This document shows, in pieces, positions 1-9,596 of a DNA stretch of 64,000 nt; position 1 is the first letter of the stretch, and each line of letters starts with the position of its first letter. This DNA comes from Candidatus Thorarchaeota archaeon (GTDB taxonomy: Archaea; Asgardarchaeota; Thorarchaeia; Thorarchaeales; Thorarchaeaceae). Both the position numbers and the translations under genes were made by a program. Below the pieces are notes generated by a model, which searched no databases, was not told where the DNA came from, and worked only from the letters and a program-made list of their open reading frames with translations. The stretch is from NCBI GenBank assembly GCA_020348985.1, contig CP070761.1:1567465-1631464 (forward strand), in the 5' to 3' direction.

Positions 1-442
1 CTCTAAGGAAGTTCGCATTGGCAACAAGCGATTCGTAATTGTTCTCCCAGAACTCCTCTGGAATTACACCCACACTCATGAGCAGCTTGGTTTGCTCAAT
101 CCCAATCTTCTTGGCCTCCAATGTTAAGTCTCTAACGGAATGGGTGCCTAGACCGCAGCCAGCGCACAGCGATAATAGATTTGAGCTGACTAGTATCATG
201 TCAGCGGATTGAATGAGGGAATTGTGTAGGCGTGATGTCTTGATGGCATCGCACTCTTCACAATTGGGGAGATCTCTTCTTGTGCTGTAATGCTTCACAG
301 CTTCTTCAAGAACATCATTGATGCGTCTCGAGTCACTTGAGAGTTCCTTCAAAAGATTCTTGGTGCTGGCGGAGACTGTAGTATGTAGATGCACTCTCGG
401 TTCACGAGACCCATTATAGTCATGTGAGTCCATAACATCCAT
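1..442 (-). CDS. Ribbon-helix-helix (CopG/Arc/MetJ-like) DNA-binding protein with C-terminal domain; 3'-truncated by window edge
   Basis: Manual translation (not in ORF track): MDVMDSHDYNGSREPRVHLHTTVSASTKNLLKELSSDSRRINDVLEEAVKHY...CEEC...; strand-helix-helix pattern typical of RHH; frame stays open to position 1. Confidence 0.65.
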   Translation of the reverse strand, partial: MDVMDSHDYNGSREPRVHLHTTVSASTKNLLKELSSDSRRINDVLEEAVKHYSTRRDLPNCEECDAIKTSRLHNSLIQSADMILVSSNLLSLCAGCGLGTHSVRDLTLEAKKIGIEQTKLLMSVGVIPEEFWENNYESLVANANFLR

Positions 443-581
443 GAACAAACCCACCGGTTCGTGTTCAAGACATCTATTCCAGTTATAGATTCGTGAACAT
501 AAGCATTCCGAAGCAGTGAGGTTTGTTGAATCTTTGAACAAGGTCATGACGAAGTGTCTTTCTCATGTGCACCCTTGTTCA
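442..581. promoter_or_regulatory. Cluster of five TGAACA/TGTTCA boxes upstream of the RHH gene (putative operator)
   Basis: TGAACA at 442, 494, 535; TGTTCA at 462, 576; same hexamer recurs at 5228-5274. Confidence 0.55.
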
Positions 582-2201
582 TTCGTGAAGGTGGTCGCCC
601 ATGAGAGTCCCACGAATGAAGAATTTCTCAAATTCACCGTATGAGGCTAATTCTACATATCGAGCAGAATCCGCAATTTCTTCTGCTATCTCCCTATGAG
701 CTATTGACAACAGCATCTTCTTTGCACCGTCTCCGGCTGCGTTGCCAACTTGAACAACACGATTCGGATCAATGGCGGGCAAGAGTCCAATGGAGACTGC
801 GCTTTCGGGATTGATGTATGTCCCAAATGCTCCAGCTAGATAGACAGCGTCGATTTCCGTCAATGCAACATCTGCCTCTCTAATGAGGATGTGAGTGCCT
901 GCTAGGATTGCGCTCTTGGCAAGTTGGACTTGACGAACATCCTTTTGCGTGAACAATATTCGAGACTCAGAGTCATGCTCCCCCTTCTCGACAAGGACAT
1001 AGGACGCCACCGACGGACCTACATGAATGATTCGATTCGACTCCTGCAATCTTCCGTCTTCGTCAAGCAAGCTATGCTTGAGTAGTTCTGAGACAATATC
1101 TACTATTCCCGATCCGCATATTCCTCTGGGTACACCGCCGCCGATTACTTCAATCTCGGCAGGCTGAGAAGGATCATCGATTGTAACATGTTCAATCGCA
1201 CCTTCCTGACCTCTCATTCCCTGAGATATCGTAGCCCCTTCGAATGCAGATCCGGCTGCAGCTGAACAGCAAAAGAGCTCACCGTATTTGGACAACACAA
1301 TCTCACCATTGGTTCCAATATCAGCACCGAGAACAACATCTTCAGACTGGTCGAGCCTCTGCGAAAGAATGAACGCTACGGTGTCCCCTCCCACAAATCC
1401 AGCGATATTCGGTGAGCAATAGACTTGGGCGGCCGAAACTTGGCCAAGCCCAACAACCTTTGAATCGGCGTTGAATGAATGTTTCATTGCTGGTTCATAT
1501 GGGGCAAAGCCTAATGACGAAGTGTCTATTCCCAAGAATAGGTGATGCATTGCTGTGTTACCAACTACGGAGATTCGGCCAACTGCTTCAGAGGAAACCT
1601 GGCCTGCTTCGCATACTTCCTTAATCAGTCCGTCGATCGCTTGAACGACCAAGGACTGAAGACTGGCTGCACCCTCATCATTCTGTAAGGCATGAGTGAT
1701 TCTTGTGACTACGTCCTCACCATATTCAATTTGAGGGTTGAGCATAGAAGCGCATCCAATCTGTGCCCCGTCCTTCAAGCCAAGAAGATAGGCAACAATA
1801 GTAGTAGTGCCAAGGTCAATGGCAACGCCATATTCACCGTCGATGGGCGCGTCAATAGCAATCTCATCGGTTGTGATTAGATGTTCAGCAAGAATCTTAC
1901 TTCGACCTTCAACACGTGTCAGAATCGCTCTACAATGGGCCTTTGCTGTGTGTTCACAAGCAAGACGAACTCCGCGTCTGATATCTTCGCCTTTGAGGTG
2001 AAGCGAGTCGATCTTGGTCGGCGATGGTTTGGGCTTAAGTATGATTCTACACTTGCCACATGTTCCTTTGCCTCCGCACTCAGCCGGTATATGCAAACCC
2101 ATTCTTCTTGCTGCCTCTAGAAAAGAAGTATTGGAGTCCAAAAGGATTCGTAGCCCTGAAGGCTCGAATACTACTAACCACCTCTCTTCCAAGAATGTCA
2201 C
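579..2201 (-). CDS. Reductive activator of corrinoid proteins (RACo/RamA-like; N-terminal 2Fe-2S + ASKHA/DUF4445 ATPase)
   Basis: CGGKGTCGKC...RLAC 2Fe-2S motif; AIDLGTTT, DIGTNGE, GSAFEG, GICGSG, LAGAFG, GNAAG ASKHA motifs; lies in a methyltransferase cluster. Confidence 0.9.
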   Translation of the reverse strand: MTFLEERWLVVFEPSGLRILLDSNTSFLEAARRMGLHIPAECGGKGTCGKCRIILKPKPSPTKIDSLHLKGEDIRRGVRLACEHTAKAHCRAILTRVEGRSKILAEHLITTDEIAIDAPIDGEYGVAIDLGTTTIVAYLLGLKDGAQIGCASMLNPQIEYGEDVVTRITHALQNDEGAASLQSLVVQAIDGLIKEVCEAGQVSSEAVGRISVVGNTAMHHLFLGIDTSSLGFAPYEPAMKHSFNADSKVVGLGQVSAAQVYCSPNIAGFVGGDTVAFILSQRLDQSEDVVLGADIGTNGEIVLSKYGELFCCSAAAGSAFEGATISQGMRGQEGAIEHVTIDDPSQPAEIEVIGGGVPRGICGSGIVDIVSELLKHSLLDEDGRLQESNRIIHVGPSVASYVLVEKGEHDSESRILFTQKDVRQVQLAKSAILAGTHILIREADVALTEIDAVYLAGAFGTYINPESAVSIGLLPAIDPNRVVQVGNAAGDGAKKMLLSIAHREIAEEIADSARYVELASYGEFEKFFIRGTLMGDHLHE

Positions 2202-3107
2202 CTAACTTATCCTGTAACGAGGATGTGTCTTGTCAATGGGGGTTCGAGTTTCAAGCAAAATACCCGATAGCGCTACATCAATCATTGCAATAGACGGGTA
2301 GACAATTGGTGCATCTTGTACCGGGCCGTACAGGACAAAGTCAGCCCCTAAGACAACAGGCATCAGATTGGATCCGACGAAAGCAGGCTTTTTCGCTTCA
2401 TCTCCAAACTTCGGAACCAACCCCCTCCAAGTACTAACAGCATTGTGTGCGCCGCAGCCAACAGGGTATCCTTGTTTTTCTTTGATAGTTTGTAGTGCTT
2501 TACAAGCTAGGCCTAGAGTGAGTAGGTCTGCAACACCTGTGTCGATGAGCAAGTTTGTGAAACCAGAATTCTTTGCTTTTTTTATTAGGGAATCAGCCAA
2601 TTCAACTCTCTTCGTGGCTGATGCCATGGCTTCTGACGAGAAAGTGAGAAGCACTACATTCTTGAGGCCAGTATCCTGGAACCGGGAATAGACTTCGCCT
2701 GAAGATTCAGGAGTCAGGGAATTCAAAACCACTCTATGAAGAAGACCAGCATCGCTTGCAGCATTCACACCGGCAAGATTGACTGCTGTTTGGTCTGATC
2801 CATCAATCATGAGTGGAGAATCTGTCATGTCGGCTAGCAATCGGATGTATCTGTCGGCTGCCTCTGGAGATATCGCAACGACATCTAACATGCTGGGCAA
2901 TCCGGTCTTTTCAGAAGTCTCCTCCAAATTCTGGAGGACATCCTCTGTTCCCGCTACATCAATTCTGCCCGATTTGGGATCTAAAACGAGTCTGTCACCT
3001 GTGTAGAAAATTGACCCTACTAGGACTGTGGGATTGACACCAGGTTGTCCACCTATCTTTACTCCACCGATTTCAAGTATCTTTTGTTCGACTTGATATT
3101 CGAACAA
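2202..3107 (-). CDS. MtrH/MtgA-like methylcorrinoid:tetrahydropterin methyltransferase (MT2)
   Basis: N-terminus FEYQVEQKILEIGGVKIGGQPGVNPTVLVGSIFY and GYPVGCGAHNA, GADFVLYGP match the MtrH family; TTG start at 3107 follows a GGAGGTGA RBS; no other mtr genes in the window. Confidence 0.85.
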   Translation of the reverse strand: MFEYQVEQKILEIGGVKIGGQPGVNPTVLVGSIFYTGDRLVLDPKSGRIDVAGTEDVLQNLEETSEKTGLPSMLDVVAISPEAADRYIRLLADMTDSPLMIDGSDQTAVNLAGVNAASDAGLLHRVVLNSLTPESSGEVYSRFQDTGLKNVVLLTFSSEAMASATKRVELADSLIKKAKNSGFTNLLIDTGVADLLTLGLACKALQTIKEKQGYPVGCGAHNAVSTWRGLVPKFGDEAKKPAFVGSNLMPVVLGADFVLYGPVQDAPIVYPSIAMIDVALSGILLETRTPIDKTHPRYRIS

Positions 3108-3156
3108 GGGTCTCACCTCCAATAATGAGCGTCGACGCGACCCCACGTTAGATTGA

Positions 3157-4536
3157 TTAATAGAGGAATCTCACACCGAGGTCCGCAACCTCTTGCTTCA
3201 CTCTTTCATATATCTCGTAGCACTCCTTTGAAGGTCTACCGGTCACAGGATCACAGCACTCTTGGAACGTTTTGCCCCTTGGTGGGTCACCAACCCTGTC
3301 AGCAAATCTCGGGATGATTCTCTTTACAATCTCGTTTGCATCATCCCTTGTGATACCAGCAGACGCGTAGGCAACCTCCGAGGCGAACATTGGCTCAATT
3401 GGTGTCAGATAATCTGTGTACTTCCCTCTGGCAACGCCTCCGGTCTCAATTGACCCTCCTGAAGATATTCCGCCAATGAATTCTGCAGCAAACTCGTAAA
3501 GCACCATCTCGGTACAGGGGCCCGCAGCAGTGTAGTTGTAATATAGCGCTGGCACCTGTGTATTCCTTGACACAGCCTGCAGGTATTGGCTGGCCACCCA
3601 GATTAGCTCTGGTGTGGAACTTGAGGTATACTTGAGGTGGATCGGGAAGCACAGTGTCCAGGATGCGCCAAGGGTCATTATTGCCATTATGTGAAAAGCC
3701 GTGGACGTGATTGCTGTTCCTTCTGCTCCCCCTGCAAAGCCACCATAGATGGGACCATGAATCCCTGCGATTGGAACATTCAGTGATTGTAGAAGTGCTG
3801 CACGATTCAGCAAATCAAAATCTGTCTTTAGCTCAGCAAGCTGAGCAATCATGTATCCGTCTGTCTTCCGTAGTCCAAAATCGGGATGCAAACCTGAAGC
3901 AAGGGCGATAGCGGACTCTGCGGTCCCAATAGCATTCATGATGGGTAGTCCAGGTCGCCCAGCTCTTCTCAAAGCCTCCCGCCCCAGAACCACAGTTCGT
4001 ATACTACCCTCGATTTCGAGTGGTGATTTCGCACGAATGCTCATATCGCCGACATTAGCCAGGCAGGGAGTGGTAATCGCGTTTGCAATCGGTATCAGTT
4101 CTGCATAGTTTTGAACAAGTTTCATGAACACGTTCTCACTAGACACAGTTACCCCCCCGGCCCCTGCGAAAATCCATGGTTTCTCCTTTGACTCTGGCTT
4201 CCTTGGTAGCAGAGTTCGTTGTTCCATACCCTCGCCCAGAAGTGCATGGTCAAAGGATGTGTTGATGCTGTCACGAACCTCCTTCTCTGTGAACGAGATT
4301 ACTCGTTCAGTGTCCTTGTTGAATACTCCGATCTCGACGATAAGGTCAAAAGCTGCTTTGAATACTGAATCTGCTAGCCCGTCATCAGAGGAAATCACGA
4401 TGTTAGGATCGTACGTGACATCATATTCTTTAACAAGCTCTTGGACTCGCGGAGCAAAGATTCGCAAATCGTAGTCCTTTTCCAAGCAGGGCTTTCCTTC
4501 AAGAGACCTTCGAGTAATCTCCAGTATGTTCAGCAT
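3157..4536 (-). CDS. Monomethylamine methyltransferase MtmB-family homolog lacking pyrrolysine
   Basis: MtmB-like motifs (DDGLADSVFKAA, AGRPGL, QLAELKTD, GGFAGGAEG, AGPCTEM, PPRGKTFQEC); no in-frame TAG; the Pyl-equivalent position reads Met/Asn. Confidence 0.85.
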   Translation of the reverse strand: MLNILEITRRSLEGKPCLEKDYDLRIFAPRVQELVKEYDVTYDPNIVISSDDGLADSVFKAAFDLIVEIGVFNKDTERVISFTEKEVRDSINTSFDHALLGEGMEQRTLLPRKPESKEKPWIFAGAGGVTVSSENVFMKLVQNYAELIPIANAITTPCLANVGDMSIRAKSPLEIEGSIRTVVLGREALRRAGRPGLPIMNAIGTAESAIALASGLHPDFGLRKTDGYMIAQLAELKTDFDLLNRAALLQSLNVPIAGIHGPIYGGFAGGAEGTAITSTAFHIMAIMTLGASWTLCFPIHLKYTSSSTPELIWVASQYLQAVSRNTQVPALYYNYTAAGPCTEMVLYEFAAEFIGGISSGGSIETGGVARGKYTDYLTPIEPMFASEVAYASAGITRDDANEIVKRIIPRFADRVGDPPRGKTFQECCDPVTGRPSKECYEIYERVKQEVADLGVRFLY

Positions 4537-4540
4537 TCAC

Positions 4541-5188
4541 TCATCCCTTCCTTTCCTCAATCAGTCTAATTGCTTCACGCACAGCCTCCGGCGCAGTCTC
4601 GGCAAAGCCATCAGCACCAATTTCATCAGCCCATTCCTGGTTAGTTGGGCCGCCGCCAACCATGACAATGAACCTGTCGCGTTTTCCAGTCTCCTGCAGA
4701 TAGTCGATGACATCCTTTTGGCCGCCAAGAGTAGAAGTCATGAGAGCTGAGATTGCGATTATGTCGGCATCGATTTTCTCCGCCTCTTCCACGAACCTTG
4801 ATGTTGCAACATCGCAGCCGAGGTCGGTCACCGCAAAACCATTAGCAACAAGCATGGCCTTGAGGATGTTCTTCCCAATCTCGTGAATATCACCACGAAC
4901 CGTTCCAACCACGACTCTTCCTGCTACAGGTACTTCTTCTTTTGGCATCTTTGGTAGAATCACATCCAAAGCCGCCATCATAGCTTCTCCGGAAAGCATG
5001 AGATTTGTGAGGAATATCTCCATTCGCTCGAACTGCTCACCAACATGTTTGGCCCCTTCGGAAACACCCTTCTCAAGAGCCACCAAAGGACTGACGCCAG
5101 CTTCAAGAGCAGCTTCTGCGTATTGGGTGACTTTCTCAGCATCTCCTTCAATAATGGCTTCTTTCAGTTTGGCAATGTCTTCTGACAT
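4541..5188 (-). CDS. Methyltransferase cognate corrinoid protein (MtmC/MttC-like)
   Basis: GTVRGDIHEIGKNI (DxHxxG), SALMTST, MVGGGP B12-binding motifs plus cap domain; start refined to MSEDIAKL at 5188. Confidence 0.92.
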   Translation of the reverse strand: MSEDIAKLKEAIIEGDAEKVTQYAEAALEAGVSPLVALEKGVSEGAKHVGEQFERMEIFLTNLMLSGEAMMAALDVILPKMPKEEVPVAGRVVVGTVRGDIHEIGKNILKAMLVANGFAVTDLGCDVATSRFVEEAEKIDADIIAISALMTSTLGGQKDVIDYLQETGKRDRFIVMVGGGPTNQEWADEIGADGFAETAPEAVREAIRLIEERKG

Positions 5189-5227
5189 GTTCCTGACATC
5201 CATCGAGATAATGAGTAGACATCTGGA

Positions 5228-5293
5228 TGAACAGACACAAAAGCACTCCCAACACCTGTGAACACTCTTGAACAAACTCGTTCTTCAAGAGTG
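5228..5293. promoter_or_regulatory. Putative operator upstream of the corrinoid/methyltransferase operon
   Basis: TGAACA at 5228, 5259, 5269; perfect 10-bp inverted repeat CACTCTTGAA(5263-5272)-N11-TTCAAGAGTG(5284-5293). Confidence 0.55.
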
Positions 5294-5324
5294 CAATGTA
5301 ATCCACAGTGAGTGTTAAATCGGA

Positions 5325-7160
5325 TTACCTAATATCCTTCAATCCGAGTCTCTCGACGGTTTCATCTGTGGGAATTCCATTCTTGTCCCAGCCGCGCAGC
5401 TCATAGAATCTGTCAAGACAGGCCTCAAAATCCGCTCTATCAACGAAAGAACGCATTCCCTCAGCAGGGCCAGAAGCAACTGGCTGCCAGAATCGTGGAG
5501 GGAGTTCATCATCCTTTCTTGAGACACCTTCTCTTACGTTGAATAGCCGAGTAAGGGTCTCTACTCTCTCTGCAAAGACCTTCACACTTTCCTCATCGTA
5601 TTCAAGTCCTGTGGCACCATTAAGCAAGCGAATCTTCTGATTATGGCTTAGAGGCAAGTGGTACGTAAAATGACATACAACAAGTGAATCTGTCAAGTGT
5701 TTCTCGTCCCTAGCCTTTGTCATGGATTCGACCACATCTATCGCTGACGAAATCGGCTTGTCAGTTGTTGATGGCCAACCTCTAAGGTGACTTGCACCTA
5801 CTTCAGCAGTTGCATAGGAAAGACCCATCCCCTTCTTTCCTCGAGGGTCCCAAGCAGCCACAGATAGTCCCTTTACATGGACGGCAAGCTCTTCACTGCC
5901 TTTCCCAATTCTTTCAGCTGCTCTCCTCACACCGTTGGCCAAAATGTCACCAATGCCTTCTCTTCCGGCAATCATCTGGAGCAGTTCCATTGCCGCCGCA
6001 CCATCGCCGAATCTCATGGAAAAGCCAAGATCATCTTCCGTTATGATGCCCCTTTCGAATGCCTCCATCGCAAACGCCAGAACTGAACCTGCCGCTATTG
6101 TGTCGATGCCGAGATCATCGCAAAGGTGATTGAGTTGGAGAAGGATATACGGATCGCTTATCCCCAGATTGCCACTCAACATAGCCTCAGTTTCATATTC
6201 GGAAGTTACCTCCACAGCCATCTTTGGAGCTCTCGGATCAGCTACCCTGTGAGCATGCGTACACCTCATTATGCACTGGGGACATGACAAGTGCTGACCA
6301 GAATACCATTCATGCATAGCTTCAGGTTGCACCTTCTCGTTCTCTTCGAAAAAGCTTGTCTGCCAATTTCGTGTGGGAAACTGGCCACGTTCGTTGGAGA
6401 CCTCAATAAGAAAAGATGTTCCATACCTCCTGAAGTCAAAATTCCATGCATCAGTGGCCATATCCTTCCATGAAGTAGTCACTTCACGATTGACTTCACT
6501 GATTGCATCGGAATCATATGCTTCAATCATACCAGAACCTCTGACCACAACTGCTTTGAGATTCTTTGACCCCATCACAGCTCCAGGACCACCTCGGCCT
6601 GTTTGATGAGCGAGTTCGGAGCCGGCCGCAGCAATCAGCGACAGATTCTCCCCTGCTGGACCTATGACATACACTATGTGATCGTCACCAAATCGCTCGC
6701 GTAGAATCCTGGTTGAATCGTGAATCCCTCTGCCCCAAAGGTCTTCTGCACTCTCTAGACGCAGAGAGTCATCTTCAAGAACAAGCACAGTAGGCTTGTC
6801 TGCCTTGCCTTTGACGCACAATACATCGTAGCCTGATTTCTTTATTTCCCTTCCCAGGGCGTGTCCACAATGTGAATCTAGGTAGAGCCCCGTGAGAGGT
6901 GACTTGGTCACTAACGTCCACCTGGCTACGCTAGGACCATTTAGCCCTTGCATAGGTCCTGTGAGGAAGAACAGAACATTCTCTGGCCTAAGGGGGTCGA
7001 CTCCTGCTTCCAGTTCTCTATACAGTAGGTATGCTCCAAGTCCCTTTCCGCCCAGGAATTGCTCGTAGACACTTGTATCAAGGCTCTCCTCATTTGTGGA
7101 TCCTGTTGACAAATCAACCCAAAGGATTTTGCCAGTCCAACATTCATGTGTCATGTCCAA
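5325..7160 (-). CDS. aor: Tungsten-containing aldehyde:ferredoxin oxidoreductase family protein
   Basis: FLGGKGLG, KSPLTG, IGPAGEN, GRGGPGAVMGSKNLKA, CxxCxxxC, EYET, CDDLGIDT, YELRGWD motifs. Confidence 0.92.
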   Translation of the reverse strand: MDMTHECWTGKILWVDLSTGSTNEESLDTSVYEQFLGGKGLGAYLLYRELEAGVDPLRPENVLFFLTGPMQGLNGPSVARWTLVTKSPLTGLYLDSHCGHALGREIKKSGYDVLCVKGKADKPTVLVLEDDSLRLESAEDLWGRGIHDSTRILRERFGDDHIVYVIGPAGENLSLIAAAGSELAHQTGRGGPGAVMGSKNLKAVVVRGSGMIEAYDSDAISEVNREVTTSWKDMATDAWNFDFRRYGTSFLIEVSNERGQFPTRNWQTSFFEENEKVQPEAMHEWYSGQHLSCPQCIMRCTHAHRVADPRAPKMAVEVTSEYETEAMLSGNLGISDPYILLQLNHLCDDLGIDTIAAGSVLAFAMEAFERGIITEDDLGFSMRFGDGAAAMELLQMIAGREGIGDILANGVRRAAERIGKGSEELAVHVKGLSVAAWDPRGKKGMGLSYATAEVGASHLRGWPSTTDKPISSAIDVVESMTKARDEKHLTDSLVVCHFTYHLPLSHNQKIRLLNGATGLEYDEESVKVFAERVETLTRLFNVREGVSRKDDELPPRFWQPVASGPAEGMRSFVDRADFEACLDRFYELRGWDKNGIPTDETVERLGLKDIR

Positions 7161-7187
7161 TCTCTCCGAATAGAAGGGTCACATAGA

Positions 7188-7334
7188 CTATGAAACATCA
7201 ATCCTTTTGATCTCATCCAGTTCCATGTCCCTCAAGTGAGTCAGTAATGCCATCATCACATCGTGAATGACATTGTTCACAAACTCATTCATTGGAACCC
7301 TCTTTCCTTTCACATATAGCTCGATTGGAGGCAT
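7188..7334 (-). CDS. 48-aa protein resembling the C-terminal domain of archaeal MobB
   Basis: Manual translation MPPIELYVKGKRVPMNEFVNNVIHDVMMALLTHLRDMELDEIKRIDVS; GGTGA RBS upstream; directly upstream of aor. Confidence 0.55.
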   Translation of the reverse strand: MPPIELYVKGKRVPMNEFVNNVIHDVMMALLTHLRDMELDEIKRIDVS

Positions 7335-7507
7335 TGAGTGTGTCACCAACCTCAGATGATTGAAGACGGGTTTTTCTCTCTTTGGATGGGTTTATTTCTC
7401 TTCTTACGGGTCGGCAGAAGCCTTGCTTCAAAGCGCCCTCCGAATGGTTAATATACCGCCCCCATTTCAGACCCAGCCACGATAGAAGACCACTCTAGTA
7501 GAGAGGA

Positions 7508-9481
7508 ATGAGAATGGCTGACTCTGTTTCATCAATTCTGTCGCGTAGAACCCAGGAAGGAGAAACCTACGAGCCTATAGGCAGACTAGCAGGCATTGGT
7601 TCTCTACTTGGAATACTTGCAGCAGCAATTGGGCTGCTGATGAGTGCTGGAACGTCATTGCTTCCAATCCCGTCCATTGGCGCACTGATTCTGAGGAACC
7701 CCGATCACTACTTTTGGTCAGCAGTGTTCATGGGTGTGCTGGGAGTAAGTGCCTTGTTGCAGGCTTTTGGGTCTAAAGGTCTCAGAAAATACTTGGACTC
7801 AGGATATACGAACATTCTGTTTGCAATTGCAGGGATAGCTCTGGTGACAGCCATCTTCGCAGTACTAGGCGGAATTACACTGTATCGGCCACGCCAAGTA
7901 GTAGACTATGTCGTAAATCTGATGTCATTGGGAGCCTTCTTTGCGATTACGTGGCAACTGATTTCAATCACTTATGTTGATTCAACCGATTCGTGGATAG
8001 GATTCCTCGCAGGCATTCTTAATGCTATGTTCGTCCCATTTCTGGCACTTGGACAAGGGCTCAGCTCAACATTCACTTTCCTGGCGTACTTCGTTCTGTT
8101 GCTGGGACAACTATTTGCTCTACTATTCTGGTGGTCGCCAATGAGTATTGTCAGAGAATATGCTCGAAGCACGTCAAAGGCAAAGTTCGCCTTTGGTTTG
8201 GCGGGGCTTTTCTCATTCTTGTATGCTATTGTCCCGATTCTGATAGGACCGTTGTCGATCATAGAGGGCAGTGAAGTCTGGACGCCTTGGAGCACGATGC
8301 TCGACGAAACGCTGTTTGTCACTGACCCTGTCCTTATCTTCGGCCTAATGTCGGTCATGCTATTTTGGGTCATGCTCGGACCACGTCTTGGTGCGAGAGA
8401 ACTCAAGGTCGCACATGTTGGTGAAGACATAGTCAAAGGTGGCCCAAAGTGGTTTATGGCACTCCTTGCTATGATCGGCATTTTCGCGGCATCTCAGGCA
8501 GGGTCCATGGTGGCTGCCGTTGTGCCTAGCTATGGGCTGGCTCTCGCATTGAGTCCTGCTGCGGTTACGTTCATGATGGGCGCCATATATGCAGGGCGAA
8601 CAGACATCATAACCGGACTTCCTCTGGTTGTGCTCGGAGTGATGTTCTTGGTGCATCCGAATGTGCTGTCCATGTTCGTCATTGTCCCGCTCGTGCTTGT
8701 GATAATCACACAAGTCTTCTTGACCGTTGAAACCAGAATCAGAGGCTTCACCGGATTCTCACAGGGAGCTTTGACAGTCATTGCCACCGTCATCGCATCG
8801 GGAATCTTCATCCTATTCCTTTTGGGCGGGTTTGGAAGTGGGCCTGCGGCTATGTGGCCTGTTAACAGATGGTACCCAGTCGCTTTGATTCCTGGGATCT
8901 CTGTTCAAGTTCAGATGGCTACTATTATCACCTTGCCCTTCCTTGCACTGCTGATACGGAATGTATCTCTGGTTGGCTATGCCCATGGTCGAGGAATGGC
9001 GGGGTCTGACTCCCTGGGTGCTATGAGCATTCTATTTGCTTTTCTGATTCCCATGATTGGTGATCCGACTGCCACTGTTACACACAAGGCACTGACCGCG
9101 GCATCAATCCTGCTAGCACTCTATGCCATCAGTTTCGTGCTTGTTTTATCCCTGAATCTAAACCTTGCAGGTGAGGTAGAGGACACGGGCAACCCTTACG
9201 AAGGGATGTTGATCAGAATGTCTGCTATTGTGGGTATTGCGTTTGGTTCGATTGTTGCCATAATCACAATGGCCACATTCTCTCAGTTCTACGTACGGCC
9301 GGCTGACGCAGCACTTGTGATTACACTACTTGTAACGCTAGTCGTTGGACTAGAGGTTCTTGGTCTGGCTACCTGGCTCATTACGGGTGTAAGACTAGGA
9401 ATGCTGAGAAGCGGCTGGAAGTACGTTTCCGCCGAGGAAGCAGCACGAAGGGCAGAGATGATAGTACCACTGGCAGAATAG
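7508..9481 (+). CDS. Large polytopic membrane protein, unknown function
   Basis: 657-aa ORF made almost entirely of hydrophobic helices; GAGG RBS; no family motif recognised. Confidence 0.75.
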   Translation: MRMADSVSSILSRRTQEGETYEPIGRLAGIGSLLGILAAAIGLLMSAGTSLLPIPSIGALILRNPDHYFWSAVFMGVLGVSALLQAFGSKGLRKYLDSGYTNILFAIAGIALVTAIFAVLGGITLYRPRQVVDYVVNLMSLGAFFAITWQLISITYVDSTDSWIGFLAGILNAMFVPFLALGQGLSSTFTFLAYFVLLLGQLFALLFWWSPMSIVREYARSTSKAKFAFGLAGLFSFLYAIVPILIGPLSIIEGSEVWTPWSTMLDETLFVTDPVLIFGLMSVMLFWVMLGPRLGARELKVAHVGEDIVKGGPKWFMALLAMIGIFAASQAGSMVAAVVPSYGLALALSPAAVTFMMGAIYAGRTDIITGLPLVVLGVMFLVHPNVLSMFVIVPLVLVIITQVFLTVETRIRGFTGFSQGALTVIATVIASGIFILFLLGGFGSGPAAMWPVNRWYPVALIPGISVQVQMATIITLPFLALLIRNVSLVGYAHGRGMAGSDSLGAMSILFAFLIPMIGDPTATVTHKALTAASILLALYAISFVLVLSLNLNLAGEVEDTGNPYEGMLIRMSAIVGIAFGSIVAIITMATFSQFYVRPADAALVITLLVTLVVGLEVLGLATWLITGVRLGMLRSGWKYVSAEEAARRAEMIVPLAE

Positions 9482-9596
9482 AGGGTAGGTGAAGCAGCTC
9501 ACCTTCACACCGGCGTTTCGTAATAAGCAAAGGTGCCGCATGTGGTCATCAAGAGCACTAATAGGTAGTTCAAGAATAGATTGCCGGAAGCACTAC

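Noticed and set aside
2202-3107. MtrH as evidence of methanogenesis or a membrane Mtr complex
   Set aside because: No mtrA-G or mcr genes in the window; the context fits a soluble MT2 role.
3157-4536. Pyrrolysine (amber) readthrough in the mtmB-like gene
   Set aside because: The ORF is uninterrupted and has no in-frame TAG.
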